A DNA stretch of 64,000 nt from an uncultured Gemmatimonadales bacterium (GTDB lineage: Bacteria; Gemmatimonadota; Gemmatimonadetes; Gemmatimonadales; GWC2-71-9): NCBI GenBank assembly GCA_963795085.1, contig CAWCFX010000006.1, positions 288,001 to 352,000 of the forward strand. The letters are read 5' to 3'. The position numbers and the translations under genes are program-made. The notes beneath the pieces were generated by a model. That model worked only from the letters and a program-made list of their open reading frames with translations, searched no databases and was not told the origin of the DNA. The first letter of the stretch is position 1; each line of letters begins with the position of its first letter. Positions 47,829 through 56,675 of this stretch are shown here, piece after piece.

Positions 47829-49355
47829 TTGCCCAAGTTCTACATCACGACCGCTATCGACTACTCCAACGGCGACCCGCACCTCGGCCATGCGCTCGAG
47901 AAAGTGGGGGCCGACTGCATTGCCCGGTATCGTCGGCTCCGGGGCGACGAAGTGCATTTCGTGATGGGCATGGACGAGCACGGCCAGAAAGTCGTCAACA
48001 CCGCGGAGGCCGAAGGGGTCCCGGTTCAGCCCTGGGTGGACCGGTTGTCGGAGCGCTTCGAAGGAACCTGGCGCCGGCTGCACTGCTCCCCCGACGACTG
48101 GATCCGGACCACCGAGCCGCGGCACAGCGCGGCGGTCATCGCCCTGCTGGAGCGGATCATGGCCCGGAGCCCGGACGATATCTTCCTGGGGGAGTACGAA
48201 GGGCTCTACTGCGTCGGCTGCGAGGAGTTCAAGGCGCCGAACCAGATCGTGGACGGCCGCTGCATCGAACATCCCAGCCTCGACCTGGTTCCCACCCGGG
48301 AATCCAACCACTTCTTCCGGCTCAGCCGGTACACGGGGGTGCTGCTGGACCTCATCTCGTCGGGCCGGTTCGTCGTCGAGCCGGAGATCCGCCGCAATGA
48401 GATTCTCCGGCTGCTGCAGGACGGGCTCACCGATATCTCGATCTCTCGCGTGCGGATTCCCTGGGGCATTCCCTTTCCCGGGGCGCCGGAGCACACGGTC
48501 TATGTCTGGTTCGACGCCCTGATCAACTACCTCTCCGCCGCCGGGTTTCCCGGGGAGGGGTACCAGCGGCTGTGGCCGGCCGACCTTCACGTCATCGGCA
48601 AGGGCATCACCCGGTTCCACTGCGTCATCTGGCCGGCCATGCTGCTGGCGGCCGGGGTCGAGTTGCCGAGGAAAGTCTGGGCCCACGGCTACGTGCAGTG
48701 GGGCGGCAGCAAGGTCTCCAAGACGGCCGGGGTCGCGGTGAGCATCGACGAGGCCGTCGCGCGGCATGGCGCCGATGCGCTCCGCTATTTCCTGCTGCGC
48801 GAAGTCGGGTTCACCAACGACGGGGACTTTACCTGGGAGCGGTTCGACGAGCGGTACACCGCGGACCTCGCGGACGGCTTGGGCAACCTCGCCTCCCGCT
48901 CGCTCCAGATGATCGTCAAGTACCGGGAGGGCAAAGTCCCCGGCCGGGGCGAGGCTTCCCGGCTGGACCAGGCGGGGGATGAGTCGGTCCGGCGCTACGC
49001 TCAGGTTATGGATGGGTTGGAGCTCAAGGGCGGGGCGGAGGCGATCGGCGACCTGGTCACGGCCGCCAACCAGTATATCGTTCAGAGCGCCCCGTGGAAT
49101 CTGGCGAAAGCTGGCGAAATGCGGGAATTGGACCTGGTCCTGGGGTCCCTGGCCCGCTGCCTGGAACGGCTGGCCATCCTGAGCTACCCGTACCTGCCGG
49201 AGAAGGCGGCCCAGCTGTGGGCGTCCATGGGCAACCCCGGGCCCCTGGACCAGGTGCGCTGGGCCCGGGTGCAGGCCCCTGCGCCGTACGGCCAAGTGGT
49301 GCGGAAGCCAGAGAATCTCTTTCCCAAGCCGGCCCCGGCCCAGCCAACTACTTGA
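47829..49355 (+). CDS. metG: Methionine--tRNA ligase (short form, no C-terminal Trbp domain)
   Basis: FYITTAIDY, HLGH, DEHGQK, YVWFDALINY, KVSKT (KMSKS variant); TTG start. Confidence 0.95.
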   Translation: MPKFYITTAIDYSNGDPHLGHALEKVGADCIARYRRLRGDEVHFVMGMDEHGQKVVNTAEAEGVPVQPWVDRLSERFEGTWRRLHCSPDDWIRTTEPRHSAAVIALLERIMARSPDDIFLGEYEGLYCVGCEEFKAPNQIVDGRCIEHPSLDLVPTRESNHFFRLSRYTGVLLDLISSGRFVVEPEIRRNEILRLLQDGLTDISISRVRIPWGIPFPGAPEHTVYVWFDALINYLSAAGFPGEGYQRLWPADLHVIGKGITRFHCVIWPAMLLAAGVELPRKVWAHGYVQWGGSKVSKTAGVAVSIDEAVARHGADALRYFLLREVGFTNDGDFTWERFDERYTADLADGLGNLASRSLQMIVKYREGKVPGRGEASRLDQAGDESVRRYAQVMDGLELKGGAEAIGDLVTAANQYIVQSAPWNLAKAGEMRELDLVLGSLARCLERLAILSYPYLPEKAAQLWASMGNPGPLDQVRWARVQAPAPYGQVVRKPENLFPKPAPAQPTT

Positions 49356-49368
49356 CAGTCAAATAGTT
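49346..49368. promoter_or_regulatory. 23-bp near-perfect palindrome containing TTGACA (candidate operator)
   Basis: AACTACTTGAC-A-GTCAAATAGTT, one mismatch. Confidence 0.5.
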
Positions 49369-49565
49369 ATACGCGTCATTCCGGCCTTGACAGGGCCCCG
49401 TTCCGCCTGCAATTTGTCCCCGCCTCCTCGGCATTCCCGGATCGTCAACACCGTCCGACCCGCTGGCTGCTTTTCGCGGCGCTGCTTTTGCCACACTCAG
49501 CACCGTTGCCGCCTCTCCGCAGGCCTGTCGCCGGGTCCCATCGCAGCACATGCTAGAGAACGCTT

Positions 49566-50480
49566 ATGACCAAACGCCGCTGGACGTTCGTCGTTTCTCC
49601 CCCAGGCTCGGGGGCCTCGAAGGTTTTCGAGTTCTCGACCCGCGCCCTGAAGGTGGCGGGAGGAGCGACGTTGATCGCCACCCTGGTGGCGTTGCTGCTG
49701 GGCTATTCCACGTTCTCCCGGTCGCTGCACCTGAGCCACGCCAACGCCGTCGAGCGGGAAAATTCCGAACTGAGCACCGAGATCGCCCGGCTGGGCGGCC
49801 GCATCGATTCACTGTCCGATACCCTGGACGCCATTGCCGTCCGGAACAGCCGGATCCGGCTGCTGGCCAATCTGGAGCCGATCGATCCCCAGGTCCTGAT
49901 GGCAGGCATCGGCGGCCCGGAACGGCCGGGCCCGGAGGCGCAGACGGCGACCGCCCGTGAAACAGCCCGCGTGAAGGTCGACCTGAACGCGCTGGTCCGG
50001 CGGGCCAACCTGCTGGCCGCCTCCTTCAAGGAAGCGGGGGACAGCCTCCAGTCGCACCGGGAGCGCCTCGCGGCCACCCCGTCCATCATGCCCACCCAGG
50101 GCTGGCTCTCCAGCGCTTTCTCCCGGATGCGGGCGCACCCGGTGCTGCACATTTCGCGGCCCCACGAAGGCATCGACGTCAGCGCCCCGCAGGGCGCTCC
50201 CATCGAAGCGCCGGCCAACGGCACGGTGCTCCGCGCCGGCTGGGAAAATGGCTACGGCAATGTCATCGAAATCAACCACGGGTACGGGGTCGTCACCCGG
50301 TTCGCGCACGCCTCGAAACTGCTGGTCGGCCGCGGGCAGCGGGTCACCCGCGGGGAGCGGGTTGCCCTGGTCGGCTCTACCGGCCTGGCGACCGGCCCCC
50401 ACCTGCACTACGAAGTGCACGTCAATGGCCGTCCCGTGGATCCCCTGCGCTACGTGCTGCCGGAAGCCATCGTCGACTGA
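49566..50480 (+). CDS. M23-family metalloendopeptidase
   Basis: TM plus coiled coil, HEGID (HxxxD), TGPHLHYEV (HxH). Confidence 0.93.
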   Translation: MTKRRWTFVVSPPGSGASKVFEFSTRALKVAGGATLIATLVALLLGYSTFSRSLHLSHANAVERENSELSTEIARLGGRIDSLSDTLDAIAVRNSRIRLLANLEPIDPQVLMAGIGGPERPGPEAQTATARETARVKVDLNALVRRANLLAASFKEAGDSLQSHRERLAATPSIMPTQGWLSSAFSRMRAHPVLHISRPHEGIDVSAPQGAPIEAPANGTVLRAGWENGYGNVIEINHGYGVVTRFAHASKLLVGRGQRVTRGERVALVGSTGLATGPHLHYEVHVNGRPVDPLRYVLPEAIVD

Positions 50481-51540
50481 CCCCGCGGCGCGCCCCCGCC
50501 AGCCAGCGCAGTTCCTGCCCAACCGCGCGGCCCAGGGCCTTCGTGATGGTCCAGGCCGGCGCGCCTCCGGTAAAGGCCGACGCGATCGCATAGAGAAACC
50601 GGGGGGAAAACCTGGCCCGGTTGCCGATGGCATAGACCGGCGCCCAATGGTCAGGCTGAAACTTGGCCTTGAACGCGTCCAGCCCGTCGAAGTCATAGAA
50701 CCGGCGTCCATGCGCCCGCACCCATCCGAACACGCCTTCCATCCACCACTCTGACGGCACCGCCGGCAACACGGCGCGACGGGACAACGGCGCGAGTCCC
50801 AGCGTGACATACCCGGCTCCGTCCACCACCATCCGGCTGGCCGCCGCTTCGATCAGGCTCTCCGACACTCCGTTCGGGGCGCCGGGCGCTCGGACCACCT
50901 GCTCGATGAGCCATCCCCGACGCGCCGGCACCGGGCTCGCCACCAGGAATCCGAGCACCGTGTCTCCCCGTTCTGCCACGAAGACCATTCGGTCTTCCGG
51001 GTGCGAAAGGGTCTCGGGCTCCACGAGGAAATGCAGCGCGGGGAGGCCCCGGGTGCCCAGCCATCCCCGGAGAACCGCCTGGAGGCGAGGATTGTCCCGG
51101 ACCAGGCCTGAGGGCCAGCAGGCGATCCGGATCCCCTTGTTCCGGGCCCGATGCAGCTGCGCCCGGAGGGACGCGTGCCGGTGGATGTAGCCGGCCAGGT
51201 TGGCCGGTTCCCAGGCCGGCTGGCCGCCGAGGACCACGGTGCAATGATGGGGCAGGAGCGCGCTCAGCTGCTGCAGCCGCTCCTCCGCGCCGAAGTAGCA
51301 CACCAGGTCCCCGTGGTCCCGGGCCACCCCTTCGAACTCGGCCACGACATCCGCCAGCCGTTCGGGCCGCGCCACCGGCGCCCCGGCCACCACCCGCACC
51401 CCGGCGTGGCGCACGTACCCCACCAACGCATCACCCCGGGACGCGAACCAGTGCGCGATCCCGGGGTTGATGATCTGATACGCCGTGCTGTTCCACCCAT
51501 GCTGAAGGATCAGGCCGCGGGCCCGTTCCGCCGAACTCAC
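50422..51540 (-). CDS. Stand-alone aminoacyl-phosphatidylglycerol synthase-like domain (DUF2156)
   Basis: RAPGAPNGVSE, TLGLAPL, FYDFDGLDAFKAKFQP.W. Confidence 0.82.
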   Translation of the reverse strand: MSSAERARGLILQHGWNSTAYQIINPGIAHWFASRGDALVGYVRHAGVRVVAGAPVARPERLADVVAEFEGVARDHGDLVCYFGAEERLQQLSALLPHHCTVVLGGQPAWEPANLAGYIHRHASLRAQLHRARNKGIRIACWPSGLVRDNPRLQAVLRGWLGTRGLPALHFLVEPETLSHPEDRMVFVAERGDTVLGFLVASPVPARRGWLIEQVVRAPGAPNGVSESLIEAAASRMVVDGAGYVTLGLAPLSRRAVLPAVPSEWWMEGVFGWVRAHGRRFYDFDGLDAFKAKFQPDHWAPVYAIGNRARFSPRFLYAIASAFTGGAPAWTITKALGRAVGQELRWLAGARRGVSRRWLPAARSAGDPRDGH

Positions 51541-51576
51541 GACCGGGTCACCGGCCGCGCTCCACGAAACGAATCC

Positions 51577-52146
51577 TCAGAACTGGACTTTGGGAACTTC
51601 CTCCGCTCCGGCCGTGGTCTCGAAATACTTCCGGGGCGCGCCATGGCCGAACATCTTGGCGGTCAGGTTATACGGAAACCGACGGATATAGGAGTTGAAC
51701 GCCTCGACCGACGCATTGTAGTCCTGCCGGGCCACCGAGATCCGGTTCTCGGTCCCGGTCAGTTCATCCTGCAGCTGCAAGAAGTTCTGGTTGCTCTTGA
51801 GTTCGGGATAGGCCTCTGCGATGGCCAGGAGGCGGGACAACGGCGCCGTGAGGGCCGCGTTGGCCTCCGCCATCTCCTCGACACTCCCGGACTGGACCGC
51901 GCCGGCCAGCCGGCCGCGCGCCTCCGCCACCCGGATGAAAATGGTGGATTCCTGCTGGGCGAACCCCTTGACCGTCGCCACCAGGTTGGGAACCAGGTCG
52001 GCCCGGCGCTGCAACTGAGCCTTGATGTTGCCCTCGGCCTTGTTGACGTTCTCGTCCAGCGTCTGGATCGTGTTATAGCCGCAGCCGGTCGCGAGCAGCA
52101 GCACCATGGCCGTCAGCGGCAACCTGAACGATCGTGACCGTGTCAT
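51577..52146 (-). CDS. lemA: LemA family lipoprotein
   Basis: GCGYN, QRRADLVPNLV, EAYPELKS, TENRISVAR. Confidence 0.95.
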   Translation of the reverse strand: MTRSRSFRLPLTAMVLLLATGCGYNTIQTLDENVNKAEGNIKAQLQRRADLVPNLVATVKGFAQQESTIFIRVAEARGRLAGAVQSGSVEEMAEANAALTAPLSRLLAIAEAYPELKSNQNFLQLQDELTGTENRISVARQDYNASVEAFNSYIRRFPYNLTAKMFGHGAPRKYFETTAGAEEVPKVQF

Positions 52147-52862
52147 TCCTCAGCTCCCAGTTGAAGTTCGTCCACCTGCGTTACCGTCCGCTCGACGGCC
52201 GAAAGATAGCCCTCGAACCGCTCGCGCGGGCACTTCCACCCGGCGTCGGCCCGGTGTGCCGCGATCTCCTGCAGGATTTCGGCGTCGAAGCCGGCCACTT
52301 CGCCGGCCCGGGCCAGGACCTCCGCGAAGCTGGCGGGCACCGGGTGGCCGGTCAGGACCAGCAGGCCGCGATAGAGTACCGCAATGGTCGCGATGCTGTG
52401 GCGGGCGATGTCGCCCAGGCTCTGGGGATCCCGCTCGCTGGGAACGAAGGCCTGCCGCAGCCGGTTGAGTTTGCCCCGGAATTCGCGTTCCAGCGCCCGG
52501 CGCAGGTCGCTCCGGCGGGCCGACATCTCCGCCACGGGGTCAGCCCCCCGAAGGACCCGGTAGGCCGTCTTCATGTCCGTGATCTCCACCGGGAACACGT
52601 CGCCGGCCCGGCGCCACTCGGCGCGCGTCATGAGCAGGGGGGGCGGTCGTTTCCGGCTGACCCACGCGGAGAAGGGCGGCTCCAGGCTGAGCAGCACCGC
52701 CGGGGCCAGGCTTTCCAGCACCAGCATGAGATTGATGTCCGAGAAGCCGGCGACGTGCTCGCCCCGCACCACCGATCCGTACAGTACCGCGCTGTACCCG
52801 GGGCCCGCCGCCGCATCGATCTCCGCCAGGAACGGCTCCACCACTTCTGTCGTCAGGCTCAT
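52143..52862 (-). CDS. Nucleotidyltransferase-fold protein
   Basis: VLYGSVVRG..SDINL, DVFPVE..DM..VLRGADP. Confidence 0.75.
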   Translation of the reverse strand: MSLTTEVVEPFLAEIDAAAGPGYSAVLYGSVVRGEHVAGFSDINLMLVLESLAPAVLLSLEPPFSAWVSRKRPPPLLMTRAEWRRAGDVFPVEITDMKTAYRVLRGADPVAEMSARRSDLRRALEREFRGKLNRLRQAFVPSERDPQSLGDIARHSIATIAVLYRGLLVLTGHPVPASFAEVLARAGEVAGFDAEILQEIAAHRADAGWKCPRERFEGYLSAVERTVTQVDELQLGAEE

Positions 52863-53791
52863 CAGAAACGTCCTCCCGCGCCACCGCCGCTGAATCCTCC
52901 GCCACCCCCGAACCCGCCAAACCCGCCGCCGCCGCCGAACCCGCCACCACCCCAGCCCCCGCCCCCACGCCCCCCGCCGCCCATCCCTCCCCAGAATATC
53001 CCGGGGCCGAACAACCCGCCCCGCCGGCGCCGACCCCGCCCGCCCCGGCCTCCACCTCCCGACCGCAGGATCAGGATCACGATAATCAGGATGACCAGCG
53101 GCACCATCTGGCCGAGGGGATTGCGGTCGGCGGCGGGCCGCCGCGCCAACTCCGGAGCCGCAGCGGTGAGCGCCGAATCGGTGACCCCATATCCGGCAGC
53201 GATCAGCGCGGCCAGCGCCCGGACCCCTGTCAGCGCGGCTGGGCCATAGCGCTCCCCGACGAGGTCGGGGCGCATCAGTTCGCGCACCTGTCCCGCCTGC
53301 CCGTCGGTGACCATCCCTTCGATCCCCTGCCCCGTCGCAATGAAGATGGCACCGGTCCCCGGCCGGCCACCCTGCCGAGGCACGATCAGCAGCACCACGC
53401 CGTTGTTACGGCGGGAGTCTCCCACCTCGGCCCGGGCTCCCACCCCCCAGGCCCGGCCGATTTGGAGCGCGACATCGCTCTCCGGATAATCGCCGATGGT
53501 GGGAAGGGTGACCACGGCGATCTCGGCGCTGGTGGCGCTCCGCAACCGCCCGATCAGGTCGGTGGCAGCGGCCGCGGAGGCCGGATCGATAATACCGGCC
53601 ACGTCGGTGACGAGACCGGCGGGACGGCCGGGGAACAGCCCAGTGATGCCGGAGCCCTGTCCCTGGGCCGGAAACGCCCCCGTCAGTTGTAGCAGCAGCA
53701 ACAGCCCGATAGCTTTGGGCCACCCGGTGCGCCCGTGCCGGCATGGGCCTGGACTGACCTGCGAGATGACTGTGCCGAAGATCGCTCTCAT
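52862..53791 (-). CDS. TPM-domain membrane protein with Gly-rich tail
   Basis: VTDVAGII, EIAVVT, WGVG, NNGVVLL, GGGGFSGGGAGGRF; start uncertain. Confidence 0.88.
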   Translation of the reverse strand: MRAIFGTVISQVSPGPCRHGRTGWPKAIGLLLLLQLTGAFPAQGQGSGITGLFPGRPAGLVTDVAGIIDPASAAAATDLIGRLRSATSAEIAVVTLPTIGDYPESDVALQIGRAWGVGARAEVGDSRRNNGVVLLIVPRQGGRPGTGAIFIATGQGIEGMVTDGQAGQVRELMRPDLVGERYGPAALTGVRALAALIAAGYGVTDSALTAAAPELARRPAADRNPLGQMVPLVILIIVILILRSGGGGRGGRGRRRRGGLFGPGIFWGGMGGGGRGGGGWGGGGFGGGGGFGGFGGGGGFSGGGAGGRF

Positions 53792-54503
53792 TGCACTCCT
53801 GCTGCTGGCCGCCTGCGAACAACCGGCCGTGACCGTTCGCGCCAGTGTGCCGCGGCTGGACGGCGGCACGGCGCCATTGCCGGACCTCGAACTGATTGCG
53901 CTGCCCTATGACCGGGACAGCGTGCTCGCCACGCTGGAGGCGAAGGCCTCTCCCCGGCCGCACACCAGGGAACTGGACAGCCTCTTTGCGCTCTGGCGGG
54001 ATCCGTTCGTCCGCTTCGCCGCCGCCACCGGGAGGAGCCACCAGCTGCGAGATTCACTCGCCTCCCTCAAACAACAACTGGACTCCCTCCCGCGCAACTC
54101 GGCGGACTACACGGCGCGCTATCAGAGCTTCGGAAGGCTCACCGACACGCTCGCCGCCGTGACCGATTCCGGCGAAAAAGCCCGTCTCCAGCTCGATCGG
54201 CTCCGAAAGACCGTGCTCCCCGCGATCGACTCGCTGCGCCGAATCGTGACGGAGTGGGAAAATAGCACCTTCCGCGAGTATGAAGACATTGTGCGGCGGC
54301 TGGGCGAGCGGCGGGCCCCGATCGCGGCCCGCACCGGCCCGGCGGGCCAGGCGACGATCACGCTGGGCCCGGGAGACTGGTGGATCTACGCCTGGGCCTG
54401 GGACGAGGGCGATCCCTACTCCCGCTGGTACTGGAATGTGCCGGTGCGGGGAGACGATGTGGTGCTGGACGGGACGACCGGGAGAAAAAGACCGCAGTAC
54501 TGA
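53766..54503 (+). CDS. Hypothetical lipoprotein
   Basis: LAAC lipobox, helical middle, C-terminal WYWNVPV. Confidence 0.72.
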   Translation: MTVPKIALIALLLLAACEQPAVTVRASVPRLDGGTAPLPDLELIALPYDRDSVLATLEAKASPRPHTRELDSLFALWRDPFVRFAAATGRSHQLRDSLASLKQQLDSLPRNSADYTARYQSFGRLTDTLAAVTDSGEKARLQLDRLRKTVLPAIDSLRRIVTEWENSTFREYEDIVRRLGERRAPIAARTGPAGQATITLGPGDWWIYAWAWDEGDPYSRWYWNVPVRGDDVVLDGTTGRKRPQY

Positions 54504-54505
54504 GA

Positions 54506-54572
54506 AGTGCAGCGTGCAGAGTGCAGCGTGCAGCGTGCAGGGTGCAGAGTGCAGCGTGCAGCGTGCAGCGTG
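54506..54572. repeat. Heptamer tandem array (VGTGCAG x9)
   Basis: Starts 2 nt after the upstream stop codon. Confidence 0.93.
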
Positions 54573-54599
54573 GATCCAGGATAATGGGGGAGGGAACCA

Positions 54600-55265
54600 A
54601 TGTCTCGAGTATTTGTGTTTTCCGCGTCGGCGGTGGTGCTGGCTGGGGTTTTTCTGCTGACCCGGCCCGGCGCCGGCACGCCGGGGGTGCCGGACAGTGT
54701 GGCTACGGGGGACACCCTGGACCTCTTGATCGCCCAGCGCAGCAAGGGATCGCCGGCGGCACCGATCGCGGTGTTCGAGATGTCCGATTTCCAATGCCCT
54801 TTCTGCCGCCGGCATGCGCTGGAGACCTTTCCCGACCTGGACCGGCGCTATATCCAGACCGGCAAGGTCCGGTGGACCTTCGTCAACTTTCCCATCCCCG
54901 AGATTCACCCCAATGCTACGGCCGCGGCGGAGTTCAGCATGTGCGCCGCGAAGATTGGCAAGTTCTGGCCGGTGCACGACCTGATTTTTGAGCACCAGGA
55001 TGCCTGGAAGTCGCTGGGAGACCCGGGGCCCTTCCTCATCGGGCTGGCTGACTCGGCCGGCATCCGGCGGGGGGATATCCTGCCCTGCCTGGAGAATGGA
55101 GAAACGCGGGAATTGGTCCGGACCGAGGCGGAGGAGGTGGCGCGGGTGGGGATTCAGAGCACCCCCACCTTCGTGATCGAAGGGAAACTGCTCCGCGGCG
55201 CGGCGCCGCTGGAGGTCTTTACCGCGATCTTTGATTCGATCTACGCGGCCCGGACCGGGGACTGA
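54600..55265 (+). CDS. DsbA-family thiol:disulfide oxidoreductase
   Basis: SDFQCPFC, GIQSTPTF cis-Pro loop. Confidence 0.9.
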   Translation: MSRVFVFSASAVVLAGVFLLTRPGAGTPGVPDSVATGDTLDLLIAQRSKGSPAAPIAVFEMSDFQCPFCRRHALETFPDLDRRYIQTGKVRWTFVNFPIPEIHPNATAAAEFSMCAAKIGKFWPVHDLIFEHQDAWKSLGDPGPFLIGLADSAGIRRGDILPCLENGETRELVRTEAEEVARVGIQSTPTFVIEGKLLRGAAPLEVFTAIFDSIYAARTGD

Positions 55266-55268
55266 CGC

Positions 55269-55514
55269 TCAGCTGGGACGTTCTTCGTGAACCAGGTGAC
55301 TGCGCTGCTCGATCATCAGTTCAAGACCCGCCACGATCACCGAGCACAGCTGCGCCTGGGTTACGCCGCCACTGATGGAAAGAAACTCATCCAGGGGACG
55401 GCCCGCCCGCAGGTGCCCCACCAGGCTGGCGATGGGGATACGGGTGCCCCGGATGACTGGAATGCCGTCGATGATTCCTGATGTCCGCAGGTTGGTGAGT
55501 TCGTCCTGTGTCAT
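55269..55514 (-). CDS. DUF433-domain small protein
   Basis: GIPVIRGTRIP signature; GGAGG SD. Confidence 0.78.
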   Translation of the reverse strand: MTQDELTNLRTSGIIDGIPVIRGTRIPIASLVGHLRAGRPLDEFLSISGGVTQAQLCSVIVAGLELMIEQRSHLVHEERPS

Positions 55515-55618
55515 AGCGCGCCTCCGCCAGTCGGGTATGCCGGTGACCGGGTTCCCCTGCAATAGGGGGCACCGGACCCGTCATGGCAAGACCGTGGCGG
55601 CGGGGGGCCGCCGTGGCG

Positions 55619-56356
55619 TCATCGCAGGGATAGAAACACGTCGTACAGCGCGTGAGTCCAGGCGGCGATGCCGAACCCGCGCAGCAGGTAGAGCCCGCTG
55701 AACAGCACCCCCGCGATAGCCCGGAAGGTGAAGGAGTTGAGCTCCAGCGGGTCGCCGTAGGGGCCGATATAGTGAAACGCCGAGAAGACCAGCGCGCCCA
55801 CCACCGTCGCGACGATGCCCGCCACCACCGGTTTCCAGCCCAGCAGCAATCCCGCCCTGGCCAGCGCCGCTACCAGCAGGACCCGGAACAGGAGTTCCTC
55901 GTAGAGTCCCGCCCCCAGGGAGATCATCAACTGCGTCGGCAGGTTCATCCGCTCGATCGCGGTCTGGGACGCCACAGTATAGAGCGTGCCGTGCAGCAGC
56001 AGGGAGGTCAGCGACGCCGCCACAAAGCCGAAGAGCAGGGCGTAGATGCTGGACTCCGCCAGCATGCCGAGGAAGAGCCGGGGCGACAGTTCCCGGCCCG
56101 CGCGCTTCCAGTCCCGGTAGGCCAGCACCAGCAGCGTCCCTACCAGGAGAACTCCGAACGCCACGACACCCCGCCGGCCACCCATGGCGATGAACACGCT
56201 CTTCATCAGCACGTCGGCCCCGTTCCGAACGCCGGCGATGGCGTCGCCCGAGAGCGCGAAGGCGAGCACCTCGTAGAGCAGGAGCAGGGGGATGGCGAAG
56301 AGGAGACTGTACCGGGGGGCCCGGGTGAGGGACCAGTAACGGGGAGCGGGAGGCAT
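55619..56356 (-). CDS. CPBP (CAAX/Abi) family intramembrane protease
   Basis: EELLFR, FSAFHY, HALYD. Confidence 0.88.
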   Translation of the reverse strand: MPPAPRYWSLTRAPRYSLLFAIPLLLLYEVLAFALSGDAIAGVRNGADVLMKSVFIAMGGRRGVVAFGVLLVGTLLVLAYRDWKRAGRELSPRLFLGMLAESSIYALLFGFVAASLTSLLLHGTLYTVASQTAIERMNLPTQLMISLGAGLYEELLFRVLLVAALARAGLLLGWKPVVAGIVATVVGALVFSAFHYIGPYGDPLELNSFTFRAIAGVLFSGLYLLRGFGIAAWTHALYDVFLSLR

Positions 56357-56435
56357 TGATGGAGGATAAGGGGGCAAGGGGGCACGCGGGCAAGGGGCCC
56401 GCAGCCCGTGGGTCTGGGGCTAGGCTTTTCGCCGA

Positions 56436-56464
56436 TTGATCTCCTCGCCCGAATCTGGTACTTT
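56436..56464 (+). promoter_or_regulatory. Sigma70 promoter with extended -10
   Basis: TTGATC-N17-TACTTT, with TG-N immediately before the -10. Confidence 0.6.
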
Positions 56465-56470
56465 CTCTGC

Positions 56471-56675
56471 GAAGTCAGATTTCTGCCCTATGTTCCACCT
56501 TTTGCGAAGGAGGTGATCCATTGTCTAGTGAGAGTTGCATCGCAGGCTCGAATCGGGCAAACGGTCGCCTGGTAACGCGCTAACCGATACGAAGCGCAAT
56601 CGAGAGCGACGCGTTTTCGAGCTCGATGCCAACAGAAGGCGCCATTCACCTCCGGGTGGGTGGCGCCTTTCACTT
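56471..56675 (+). ncRNA. Candidate small structured transcript carrying a short ORF
   Basis: Promoter, GNRA hairpin masking an extended SD, further hairpins and a terminator-like stem. Confidence 0.5.
56521..56583 (+). CDS. Candidate 20-aa peptide MSSESCIAGSNRANGRLVTR
   Basis: TTG start 7 nt after AGGAGG, directly following AAGGAGGTGATCCA. Confidence 0.4.
   Translation: MSSESCIAGSNRANGRLVTR

Noticed and set aside
46368..49295. 975-aa minus-strand ORF and similar long antisense ORFs (1279-3615, 8996-11233, 43557-45545)
   Set aside because: Shadow frames of well-supported genes caused by high GC3; no motifs
50422..50480. 59-bp convergent overlap (also 53 bp at 5080-5132)
   Set aside because: Involves unconserved-looking tails and is common in GC-rich genomes
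56507..56520. Fragment of a 16S rRNA gene on the minus strand
   Set aside because: The match is limited to 14 nt; adjacent sequence does not continue as 16S
56471..56675. tmRNA or 6S RNA
   Set aside because: No tRNA-like ends or Ala-Ala-ending tag; I could not build the long 5'/3' rod expected for 6S (an Infernal search would settle it)
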